Positions 51,770 to 64,000 of a stretch of 64,000 nt of DNA are shown in pieces. Location: the NCBI GenBank assembly GCA_044892525.1, contig CM097885.1, positions 44,580,001 to 44,644,000 on the forward strand, in the 5' to 3' direction. Origin of the DNA: Schmidtea polychroa (Eukaryota). The first letter of the stretch is position 1; every line of letters starts with the position of its first letter. The position numbers and the translations under genes are program-made. The notes under the pieces were generated by a model, which did not search any database, was not told where the DNA came from, and was given only the letters and a program-made list of their open reading frames with translations.

Positions 51770-54700
51770 GTTTTGTAAAAAAGGAGAAAATCAACGAAGA
51801 TGAAATGACTTCAAAAGATATTAAAAAATAAATTTATTATTTTCATCAGTGTTATCATCAGCCTTAATACGTTTAAAAATATTTATAAATTTGTGTTATT
51901 TTAATTGATATATAATCAAATATTTATACTAATAATAAAAATAATGGTAAAGTATATACGATATTAATTTAAAAAGTTTTGATATTAGTGATTATATATC
52001 ATATGAAATTAGTGGTGAGCTATATGAGGTTCTCGGGGGCTCGAAAGAGCCCTTTGTTAAATTATTCTATGATTTGCGAGCCCCTTGTTCTTCTTGGTAA
52101 CTATTTAGTGAATTTGTACAAATGGCCCCTTGTTAAAAATTTCATATATGTAGTAATACGTTTTACTGATACATTTACTAAAATTTGTTCGAACAACTTA
52201 AAATATTTCTTTGCACTTCAATAATTTTACTCTCAACATTTTGTTCATTTTCACCAAAACAAAAATATTTTTAAAATTTAATTTTTTTTAAATATCATTT
52301 AAATATTTAATTTTTTAATAGTTATAAAGTTAAACTAAATCATCAAATTTCAAATTTTATCCAAAAATACACAAAACTCAGTAAAACTATGAAATATTTA
52401 TGTCAATATAGCTAATATTTACACTAGATATCTTATTACAATTACAATTTATAATTATTTTTATATATTTAAATAGTTATTTATATTTTTCGGTAAGTGT
52501 TTAAAATCAATTAAAATAAATGTCAGCTTATTTCATGAATATTTACATTTTAAATAAAACAATTTAATTGAATATAATTATCAGAAAGCATTACACTCAT
52601 TACACGTAAATTGATTTTTAATTGATTTTTTATTTAATATAATCAATTTACATGTAATGATTGTAATTTCACATACATCGGAGAGACTTCCCGTCATCTC
52701 TGTATTCGAGTTCTTGAACATTATAGGCCGAAAGCATTGAGGAATATTAATAAGCTGCATGAGAAAAATAGGTATGTTTAATTTTAAAATTTTATTAGAA
52801 AATTTCAATAATCATTCAGAACATGTTATTTGTGATTAAGTTCTTGGATCTAAATATATTTTTTCTAAATTATATTAGATTTAAATATATTTGATTTTTA
52901 AATATATTAGATTATTAAAATAAATAATTTAAATATTTTAAAATATTTTTTTTATATATATTTATTATAAATTAAAAATGATTTATTAAGTTAAATTATA
53001 ATTTTTATAATTTTGAAAAATATTTTTTATTAAAAAGAATATAATTAATAAATTTGATCATAAAATCTATAATTTCTATAGCTATTCTATCCTACCTGAT
53101 GATGACAGGAAATCTGTTGAAATACATCGTAAAACGAATGTTCGAGTAAATAAGATAATTTTGTTCAGTTAGAAAGATTGAAATGTAAAGTAAAAAAGAT
53201 TATAATGCAAAGTAAACATTTTTTTGGTCAATATATTATCAAAAAATAGTAAATTTTTAAAAAGATCAATAAAAACTATAGTCAAATTTATTGAAAATAT
53301 TTAAATGATAAACATGGGGTTAACAATGTTATTTTGGCATTTGAGGGTCTGCCACCACCTGATTAATAGAAACATTTTACAGACATTCAGTATTTTAATT
53401 TTATTTAAATCAATAAAGGTTTGCTTTAATTACTGAACATTTAATACATTTTACTGTGTATAAAAATACTGAAAATTTAAATGGAACCCTTTAAAATTTG
53501 ATAAATAAAAATTGTTATAATAATATTAATACTATACGAATAATAAAATACGAATTTATTTTATCATATTATTTAAAAAATAATAATATACATAGATTTT
53601 TATACAATTAGCAATCGTTGTATCATTAAAAATAACTCTAACAATGCCAGTCAAATCTTGATTTTTTATTTATATTTTAAAATATTCCCATTTAAATTAT
53701 TGTTTTAATCAAATAAAATAACAAAGTATGTTTAACGAGAGTGTATTTTATCTAAAAAATCTTTTATTTTATTTTATTTAGTTTTTAAATGTCTACAGTT
53801 TTTTTCTGAATTGAAAGCATAAAGAAAATTGTTTACAAAAATTTTCAATTGCCACATGTACATCATATTAATAATTAGAAAATTATGTAACTATTACAGT
53901 TGATCACACAGCTGTTAAAATAAATTATGAAACTATTTTTATGAAATTATTTGTCAGAAAATTATAGTAATTTATTTTGGTGGTTTAAAAATTAAATTAA
54001 ATTTTTTTTTTAATATTAAGACATTATAAATTTTCCAACTTACTTTTTAAGATCTATTTCTAAAATGACGAAATCAAAATTCAAACGAAAATAATAAAAT
54101 TAATACAAATTCCACTGAGCTTATCTCTCATTGGTTGTATTTGCAATAAATTCGATCGAATGGAAGCATTTGAAAATTAATAAATTTTGATTAATGAGAT
54201 ATCTGTAAATTCAAATTATTATACTGGAATAAATAAATAGCTAGATTAAATGAAACATTATTAATCTCATTATTTTCACTAATTTAATTACATAGTTTCA
54301 CAATTGCGTTTGTTAATCTAATATTCTTTCTATTTAGATTTTTTTTGTCCTAAAACATTTCATTGGATTCGAATACTAATATTTTCTGAATAAATATTTC
54401 TGAATAAATAATATTTGTATTAGACAATCAGTGTGCTTATTAGAAAATTTTTCAAATAAAAAAAGATCTCTTTATATAGAGAAAAATACATAACATTTTA
54501 TTAATCTGAATTTTTAAGGAATATTTGTAATTATAAATGATCTGAATTAATTAAAAATTGAAATATATAATATCTTGTAAATATAATCAATCAAATTATG
54601 GTAATATGATGAAATTTTAATATTGTAATTTTAATATTTCTAACCCCCATGAAATGTTACGTATTGTATTATATTTATTTTGTATCAATGTCTATAACTT

Positions 54701-55129
54701 GTATTGTTTTACCGGGCTTCGTTTAACACCAACTGTCAGAAATTATGTTACAATAAAAACATATTTTTCATTTTTCATTTAATTTATATTTTTGAAAATC
54801 GTCTCACATAATATGTGCTCATGGGCAAAAAAACAAATTAGAGAACTTCTACATATTAATGTAATACTTAAACATACAAAGATTAGTATCATTTAAATTC
54901 TTGTTATGCTCATTTATGAAAAAAAATTGTTACTATATATAATCAGATCAATAATAGTATATTAATTAAAGTTTCAATTAAAGTCATTTTTATCGTTGAA
55001 ACATTAATGTGATTTTAGGAATAAACAGAATCAAAAAACGCAAAAAAAGTTCTTTTTTGTATATTTTCTATAAATATTTATTCAATTATAAAACCAAATT
55101 ACAAACTTATTCATAAATATTACTTTTTG

Positions 55130-56960
55130 AAAAGTAACTGCAAACGTCTGTGACCTTGACCAAATTTATTGGTCACTTTGTCCATTATTTTTCGCTTTTT
55201 TATTGTCATTGATTCTGTCACGATAAACACTCATCATGCAAAGTCCAGAAAGTCTATTTTCACACATTGTTGACCTTAGCCACGTTTTTACTCTTCTCAG
55301 TGTGCTAAAAGTTCTTTCAACAGTGCAAGTTGACTCTGGCAAAGTTAAAGCAATAAGAACTTCTTTCTTAATAGCTAGAAAAAGGTCTGTGAATTGTAAT
55401 AAATCCATTATTCCATCGCGACTTTTGATTTCAAAATCCAACTTTTTATTTGACCACATCTCAAACCAAGTGCTTGCCTCAGCATCAAAGTTTTCAATTT
55501 GATATTTCATTATGATGTTTTCTTGGTGAGCTTTGAATTCATCCTTTGAAAGTTTCAGCATTTCAATTGAGTGAAGTGAAAATAGACTAAAATTGATTTT
55601 GTTCATATCATTGAATCTGCTCTCTAACGATGAGATGATTGAATCCAATTATGGTATAAAGACAGATCTTCGAAAGTATTCTTCAACAGTTGAACCACCA
55701 TTATTTGAACGGTGTGTTTGTCTCTTACACTGTCTGGGAATTGTCAACTGGATGTTTAATTGTTCTCCCAATTTCTCACTTTGAGAAATAATGGTCTTAG
55801 AAAACTCTTCGGCATATTGGCTGTGAGTGTGGAAGATTTTTAGGAGCTCTTGGACGTGGTCAAAAACTTTCAGGATGTCTAATTGTCTTGATTGTATGGC
55901 TTGTGCTACTGCCTCTTATTTTAAGGAGTAATAAGTGATGATTTGAAGACAAATTAGAAAACGTGTTGTACTTGAAGCACACTGTAACTGGTGGGCATTC
56001 TGTCGTGTTTTACCATTTGCTTCGATGACCAGTGAACTCAGCTGATCAAAAATATCTTCAAAACTTGCAGCAAAAAGTCTGATCCTTTTGTATTTTGCAG
56101 ACCAACATGTTTCACAAAGCAAGGGATCATTTGGAATCAGACTTCTTATCTTTGGGCTTTCTCAAAAAAATCTAATAATGCTCTTAATTGTTCCAATTGT
56201 ATTCCTAACATCTGGTACAGCATTAAGATCATTGATCACAAGATTAAGTCGATGTGATGCACAATTCACAAAAACAGCTTTAGGGTATTTGCTCGTAATT
56301 TTTGTCTGAATGTCACCTTATTTGCCAGCCATTGTTGAGCAGCCATCATAGCCTTGGCCATACATTTTGTCAAGGTTTAATCCAACCTTGTGCACTGACC
56401 AATGATTTTATCACCTATGGATGTAGCATCAAAATGATCCAGTTTTGCAAATCCAAGGAATTCTTCATGAATAACAGTTTCTGTGCTGCTAGAATTCACA
56501 AAACGAACTCCTACGGATATTTGTTCTTTTGCAAATATGTCAGCACTCTCATCTCAATGATTGAAAATCCAATGGATTTATTGGCCATTGAAACTTTTTT
56601 TTCCCTTATGGCTCCTTCAGTCAACTTGGTTATTTCATGTTCAATGTTCAATTCTGGCTTTTCCCTTAATTGTAACAACTTTGCAGCACAAGCCAGTGCA
56701 TCTTTATGCCGCGCACTTGATTGATGACTTTTGGCAATTTCATGAAAATCTTTGTATTTTGTAAAAGGCCCTGTGATGAATGCACCTTGAAAACCACGAT
56801 TTACTAGCTGGGGAAAAAGTATGCAAAATTTGCAAACTGCTCCTTTTTAAACGAACTGAATAACTCAGCCAGGGTGAGTACTGACTTAACCAAGCATAGC
56901 GGAACAATTAATCGAAAAATAGAATGGTTTGGGAAATCCAGGGGGGGCAAGTGCCCATGT
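55130..56960 (-). pseudogene. Degenerate hAT transposase (P52rIPK/ZMYM1-like)
   Basis: FVNCASHRLNLVIND, CETCWSAK, and the C-terminal dimerisation motif LTLPESTCTVERTFSTLRRVKTWLRSTMCENRLSGL, with frameshifts and stops. Confidence 0.88.
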
Positions 56961-57349
56961 TACATATATTTTAATATTTTACTGTTTATAATAATTTTTA
57001 TGAAATGAAATTGTTGTATTTATTATGAGTTTTATGTCATTAATATTTTATTTAAAAACGTATAATTTATTGGATTTTTATTTATATCTTTAAGGGTTTC
57101 CTTAAATACTGTCTTTCAGTTATGATTTCGCAAATATTTTTTATGCACTTATAGTAATTTGTTCTCGGCTCCGTGACTTCAATTTGTTTTATCAATTTCT
57201 GAATACCTAAAAATTTAATAATTCTAATTTTAACTTACGTTTCTCAATGTATTTCTTACGCATTTCTAATAATTTTATGTTCTCTATCAAATTTCTAAAT
57301 GATTTTCATTAAATGACTTACATATTGCATTTTACTCTTCTCCTACAAG

Positions 57350-58075
57350 CAGGCCCTAGGAGGCGGGCCCAGAGGGGCCACTGACCCCGGGCCCCAAATC
57401 TTCAAAATTTTATTTGAAGAAATTTTTTTGGAAACAAAAATTAATTTTTAAAAATTCAACAATTTGAAAATGGACTAATGATATAACTTCTTCGCTCTTA
57501 TATATCAATCTAACATGTTTTTAAATAAATCAGATTGATCTAAGATTAAGAATTCGTCATTTAAAATTGCTTGATCGTTATTAAAATCCACGGAATAAGA
57601 GATTTTTAAAAATATTTTTAAAAATATCCGTTTATTAATGATATGATATTGGGGCCCCTAATTTAAACCTAACTAGCGTGGAATTCGAAAGAATATTTTA
57701 AATTTCATTAAAATTTCTCTACTAAAAAGTGCTTAAATCTATTATTGAAATGAATTTGGAGTCAATTTTTCCAAATCTTGTAGTTGTATTAAGAATATTT
57801 TTGACAATCCCGGTTTCTGTAGCCGAGTCTATTAAAACGTATTAAGAATTTCTTGAGATCTACAATGGCACAAGAGCGGCTAAATGGATTAGCAATGCTG
57901 CAAATTAATAAAGATATTGCAAGAAACCTAAATTTTAGTGAAATAATTGATAAATTTGCAATTTCAAAAGCCCGTAAATCATAAATATAATAAAATTTGT
58001 TTTATATATTGTTGTTGTCGCTAACTATATATTTTTTTTAATTATTTAAAAGGGGCCCCAAAAAAAATTTGGGAA
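57350..58075 (+). mobile_element. Internally deleted hAT element retaining a dimerisation-domain fragment
   Basis: GC-rich GGGCCC subterminal repeats; FPNLVVVLRIFLTIPVSVA...IKNFLRSTMAQERLNGLAML at ~57765-57985. Confidence 0.75.
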
Positions 58076-59639
58076 CTGATACAGATCAACTGAGTTGGAA
58101 TATTCTCTTGTTGGTCTTTTACTTACCAAACGTACGAAAAATACTTTTTGGATTTGGTATTCAATGAAATGCTATTTAATTGTTGTCATTTTTCGAAATA
58201 GAGTGTTGGATTGTTAGAAATATATTGGTTTTGTTTGATTTATTTTCTTCAGGTATCTATTTGGTGTTGTTTTCCGGTGTTGAATCTAATCTCTACTTGA
58301 TCCTGGATGGCTTGCATTTCTAACTGGCTAGTCAATTGCTTCTGCTCATTGATGGACACTGACGGGAACCAGGTAGCCTCTATCTACCATGGTGTAGTAT
58401 ATAAATCTGCTTGGAAACCCACGAATAATTTCTCTGCTGAAATAGAACATAAATTAATTAAATAACAATATCGAAAGTGATGGACAAGATATAATTAAAG
58501 CTAATTAAATTAAGATTAATAAGCTGACCCCACTAAGTAAGACTCTCATTTCCCCACATCTGTCGTGGATTCCTTTTCGTCATTAGTTATACACAAGCGA
58601 AATAAAATAAAATAAAATAACAAAATAATAAAATGAAATGAATTGACGACAATTGAAGAGAAATTTTGATTAATCATTCGATAAGCTCATCACATCGGAG
58701 AGAATAGTCAGCTGCTGAGAACCACATTCGTTTTATTTGGATGTTTTCCGGCAGATTCACTTCCCTTGTTATATACTGCATGAGATCCTGCTTCCATGAT
58801 ACATCTGAGAGATGGATTAGTTCAACATCCTCTCTAGAAATGGTGCCATTTCTGATTTCTTGCTCGACTTGATTCAATCTACCGATTGCTGCATATACCT
58901 CATGCACTACCTTTCGTGCAGTGTCCAGTGTAGTTAGCGTAACAGCACCATAAGAAACTTCACATCCGTTGTCAATGCACTTTTTATTGTTTTTCTTCCC
59001 GTCGAATCTGAAACTTTTACATGGAATCCCTGGTTCCACGACTCGATAAAATATTCTTACAAGATTGATGCTCTAATCGAACTCGCGTTTGGGAATATTT
59101 CCTGAAATCATAAATATATATTGCGAAATTACTCACACTCCACCAAGCTTTTGTCATTCCAATGTTTCCATTCACCCTATCATCATACCAGAAATTACAC
59201 AATGTTATTCAAGACGTCTTGAAGAAGCCTCAATTTTTGTACATGCTTATCAGTACATTTAGTCCTTTGTGAAGATAAACGATAACCCTCTAGGTCTAAT
59301 TGTCATAATAACCTTTTATTTTTTTACATTTCCTGCTTATTCAGATTCACTCTACTTGCTTAATAAATCAGTTTCTGGCACGAAAGTTTACAAGTAAACT
59401 ACTCCAACATCGCGATGGTTCAATTTTGTTCATTGAGTTAATTAACTTGGGTGTTATTATGTGGTGCATGTGGGCAAAAAATGATAATGATAATTATTGA
59501 CATTCTTTAAACTTCCATATTTGTTAAAGTCTTCGAAACAATTACCCCGATTTTCATAATGAAAAATTTTATTTAATATAATTTCAATTCCATTTTCAAT
59601 ATTCATACTTCTCCAGTTGAATTTAAATTGGAATTGAAT

Positions 59640-60030
59640 GATATTAAAAGCGATAGTAGATTAAAATCAGCTTTCTTTGACAGCGGAAATGATTTGTTGA
59701 AATTTTACAACACTCAAATTAATTAGAAAAATTTTCTTAAAATCTTGAATTTAGCAATGAAAATCTTCTCTTTATTTGGCAATACTTATTCTTCCTAGCA
59801 ATTATTTTCATCTTTGAAAATAATTAAAAATAACCACAGGAATCGATTACTAAATTCCAATTTAAATATTTAACTTAAAATAGCGATTTTGAAAAATTCA
59901 ATTGATTTTAAAAAATTACCCAATAATGTTAATGAATAATTTTAATAAAAAATTTAATTTTTTAAATTGGCACTATTTATTTAAGAAAAATATTTTTTGG
60001 CACTTGCTGAAAATATTGTGGGCATCACTG
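59640..60030 (+). mobile_element. 3' remnant of another hAT element (Charlie/SPIN-like)
   Basis: IFSLFGNTYSS*QLFSSLKIIKNNHRNRL fragment, ending in GTGGGCATCACTG. Confidence 0.6.
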
Positions 60031-60079
60031 GTCAATATAGTCATATTTGTGTGTGCTAAGATGTTTGCGCGTTAGTGTA

Positions 60080-61036
60080 CACCCAATTCCGAAATTTAAT
60101 AACTCCTATAATTCATGTTGGTGTGCACACCAGTTGAGGTGAGTCACCATTTACGTGAAAATGAAGTTATTAAATTTCATTTATTCAATTTATTAAAAAT
60201 GGTTTTCAGGTAATCTTTTTAATTTCAAGTATATTTTAAGACTTGAATTTTGATTTTATATAATTATGAGATCATTATTCAAGTTCTTAAATATTACTAT
60301 TAGTCATCATTTATAATTTATCATTTATAAATATATTAATAATTAAATTTCAGGTGTTTTTTAGGAAATTTATGATATTTTATGCATTAATATGGAATTA
60401 TTTCGCTAAAATGTAAGTTAGATATTTTTATATTTATAAATAAATAAAGTAATCACCAAACACATTTATTTTTTTAAGACATTTAGGAAAAAATCGGCGT
60501 ACATGAATGAAATAGTTTTTTAAATTTTTATAATCTTCTTTCTGCAGCTCATTTTTGATGGCTTTTTCTTTCTGTAAATATAAAGATCTCGAAGGACCTT
60601 CAATATTTGAAATGCTACCTTCACACATACTATAAAATATTTTAATGTTTTGTAATTTAATGAATAAAACTTACATTGAACTTTCTTCTTTTTCTCTAAA
60701 GCTCAAGGTAGAGCTGTCGGAATCTAAATTAAAAGTATTTTCTTGCAATTTTTAATAATTTTAAAATAATTATATTTTAACAATATGTTAACAATATGTT
60801 AACAGTTATTTATTTCGGAACAAAAACCTATATAAGAATTTTGCATGCATTTTTCATTATGTGTTTTGTGTTGGTGTGTTCAGTTATTTTTCTCTCACCT
60901 TCACAAAACCTATAATAAAGTTACTAAATTTCGGAACAATAAATTTCTACACACAGGTAAGTTTGTGTGTTCCTATAATATATATTTATTGATTTTTGTT
61001 TAGATTATAGAAGTTATTAAATTTCGGAATTAGGTG
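60080..61036. mobile_element. TA-flanked MITE related to 12399-13300
   Basis: TIR CACC(C/T)AATTCCGAAATTTAATAACT with TA on both sides; shared internal block AGATCATTATTCAAGTTCTTAAATATTACT. Confidence 0.85.
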
Positions 61037-64000
61037 TATTAAATCAAATTCAAATTCTTTTAAACCAATTTCTTTTTTGATTTAATTTTTAACATTTTTA
61101 ATTGTGATTTTTGATTTTTGATTATTTAATATTTAATTTATTTCTAAATTTTATATTTTATTTAATTTTTATTAGGATTTCTTATTCTTTCTTGAATTTC
61201 CTATTAATGTTTGATGATCTTCATATATTTCCTATTTCTTTAATTTTTCCAATTCATTTTTTCCTATTGTTTTAATAAATATTTTATTTTTAATTCTTAT
61301 TTTATCTCATCACCATAGATTTGAATTATAAAAGTTTATTATAATAACAAATTTGAATATTTTGTACACGAGGACAATGCTCAACATGGAGCACGCCATT
61401 CCGAAAATAACAAAAACAAAAGAGTCAGAAAGATATCAATTTTATCACAAAATGTTTGATACAATAATACGGATATGCGGATATTATTTATTTTTGTTAT
61501 ATTTGTGTTTTTATTTCGTGCTATACCTTTTCCATTTGTCATTTATTTTATATTTACTTTTATTCTTTCGATTTTAGTTTTTATTTAATGTTTACAGTTA
61601 TATCTGCATGTTATTTCCGATGCACTTCAATCAAAGTTCTTGTTTAATTTAGACCAAAAGTCAGTTTTTGCTAAACAAAAAGATAAAATATAATATAATC
61701 TCTAATAATAAAATTGCAATATATCGAAAAGGAAATAAATATTTCCGACCTGAAATAATATCTTACTTGTGTTGAATTGTCAATTTGATGAAGATGTTTG
61801 AAGAGATACTGTTTGTCATTTAAACCACCTTAATGAAACATTCAATAAATATTTTCCAAAAATATGGAATGGCAGTTATTATTAGTTACTAAATTAAAAG
61901 GAAAATGTAGAGAAGTTCCACTAAATAACTTTGGGTGTGACCACGACATACAAATGAAATATCCAAAGAAGACAAGTCAATGTTTGTTACGTTTTTGTAC
62001 CAAATATTTGTGTTAAAGTGAAATTTCATTTCACAAAGCACACAAGACTAAATATAGAAGAAGATTAAATACAAGTTCTGAATATTAAGCCAGATCTTGA
62101 GGAATTATACAGGATAAAAAATACTTAATATTTCACAGTAAAATGATCCTTCTGCTCTAAATTCCCTTACAATTCTTTTTCTTTTAATGATTTGATTTAA
62201 CAGATTTTTGCTTTATAAATAAATAATTATGTAGGGACATACAATTAATTTGAACAAAGAATTTATTGTAATTAACATTGTTGAAGAACTTGAACATCAT
62301 CAGAGATATTATTGTGACATATTTGATCCATAGATTTTGACTCGATTTGATGATTCTTCAACTTCTTCAGTAACAGCTTCAGTTGATTCAACTTCTGCAA
62401 CTTCTTCAACTTGTTCGACTTGTTTGAATTTGATAATGATTTTCGAAAAAAGTGAAAGTAAAAGATTATTTTAACAATTGTTTTTAATTTTTTATTTTAA
62501 TTTAATTAATTTAATAATATATTTTAAGTTCAATTATTAAATTGATAAAAGTGCTAGTCCGAGGCACTACAAATTATACAACATAAATTGTATTGCTTTC
62601 ATTGTATAATATAAATTAATAAAGGTTCCAAATTATGTAGCATGTTTAGAAGGGTTTCACATTATAATAAAGTTAGGACCTACCGAATTAAGCAATCTAT
62701 TTCTTAACCATGCTCAAATGTCCAAATGTCAAACCAGATAAAATAATGGACTATTTATTGAAAAATCTTGTTTTCATTTAATTTTTAGAAAAAAATTAAA
62801 ATAAAATAATATATTAATATTAATTGTATAAAACGCTGTCTAAAGCAATGAAAAACTTTACGATGTTATAATATTGCTTGCAATATGGTAATTTCTAAAT
62901 GTCACTTTGCCCCCCCCCCCCTAGAAATTAGTTGGCTACCACTGATTTATGTTGGGGTTAGCGCAAAGACCAAGAAATTCATATATAAAAGGAAAGCATA
63001 ACAAACAATGGTAAAATCAACAAAATTTTAAAATTAAAGAAAAAATTGAAAACTAACCAAAGAGTTGGTAGTAAAATAGGATCCCGCCTGATACAATTTC
63101 CCAATGGAATTTTATCTTTGCCGATCATCTGCTTCAAACGCAACAATTGCCAAAATTTATATTGAATGGCTGACAAACAATTGTTTAAACAAATGTTTGA
63201 TATATTGATAATTGTTTTAATGAATCAGCAGTGTGAATTCGAATGCTGCCAAATTATCATTAGTTAATAGAAATTTAATTTTAATAATTTATAAAATATT
63301 ATACAATCAATAGCTTTTTTAATAAAACAACAATGTTATGTGATTCAACATTTTAATGTTAAATTCAAAAATATTTGACTCGTTTATGTCCCAATGAATA
63401 TTACTGGCAAATATTTAGTTTTCTCTTGTAAATTTTTATCATAATTCTTGTTCTCCTTTCATTGTTGGATGAAATAATTTATAGGATTTACCATAATAAT
63501 TTTTATACGGATATCTTTAAAAACAAGCAACTATTTATTCCAAGTCGAGAGAAAAGCCTTTTGGTATCATCACACTGATGACACCTTATCCTTGGATGAG
63601 AAAGGTTGATAGTCAGTTAACAAAATTATAGACGAATATGTTGTATGATGTCAGGTTTCATAACCAATCGCTACCATTTTTTTGCACTTTCCTTTTGATC
63701 TTTTAGGTTTGATCTTTGTAGTTGTATGAAATAATGAGATATTTCCTTTGACTAAAGACTTTCTTCAATTGTAATCCTTGTTTATTGCGTACAAGAAAAG
63801 GTGATTGCCCCTTGAGCTTTCTACCTTATCGAGTGACAAATTATCTGGAGAGATAGGTGCAAATTATAATTGTGATTAAGATTGAATAAAATTATTTTGT
63901 GTTAGGTTTCATTTATTTGGCTGAATAAGAACACGAGAAGTCAAAGAAAGGACCGACTTTCAAATAAAAGCCCAACAAAAAAAATATTCAAATTATAATT

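Overview
Very AT-rich eukaryotic genomic DNA with many (AAT)n and (TA)n microsatellites. The host is probably an invertebrate, plausibly a planarian-type flatworm (inference only). The main feature is a complete, recently integrated 15.2-kb Polinton/Maverick (adintovirus-like) element at 16654-31818, with AGTAGT...ACTACT ends, ~263-bp TIRs and a perfect 6-bp TSD (AAATCA). It encodes a major capsid protein, a zinc-finger/PLA2/integrase fusion, a packaging ATPase, a pX-like core protein, an adenain-type protease (in-frame stop), a penton, a fibre-like protein, a membrane protein, a protein-primed PolB (one stop, one frameshift) and a stand-alone duplicate of the PolB C-terminus. Most unusual: (1) four co-oriented tRNA-like A-box/B-box units in the element's left non-coding region, reminiscent of adenoviral VA RNAs; (2) each TIR is itself bracketed by an inverted copy of the 24-bp terminus; (3) a parvovirus-type PLA2 fused in frame to the integrase; (4) a diverged but intact extra copy of the polymerase C-terminal region. 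The element sits ~400 bp upstream of an intronless rhodopsin-class GPCR. The rest of the window is degraded DNA transposons (pogo, hAT, Tc1/mariner), MITEs, solo LTRs and a 4-kb non-coding element with long inverted arms. All family calls come from motif recognition by eye; no searches were run.
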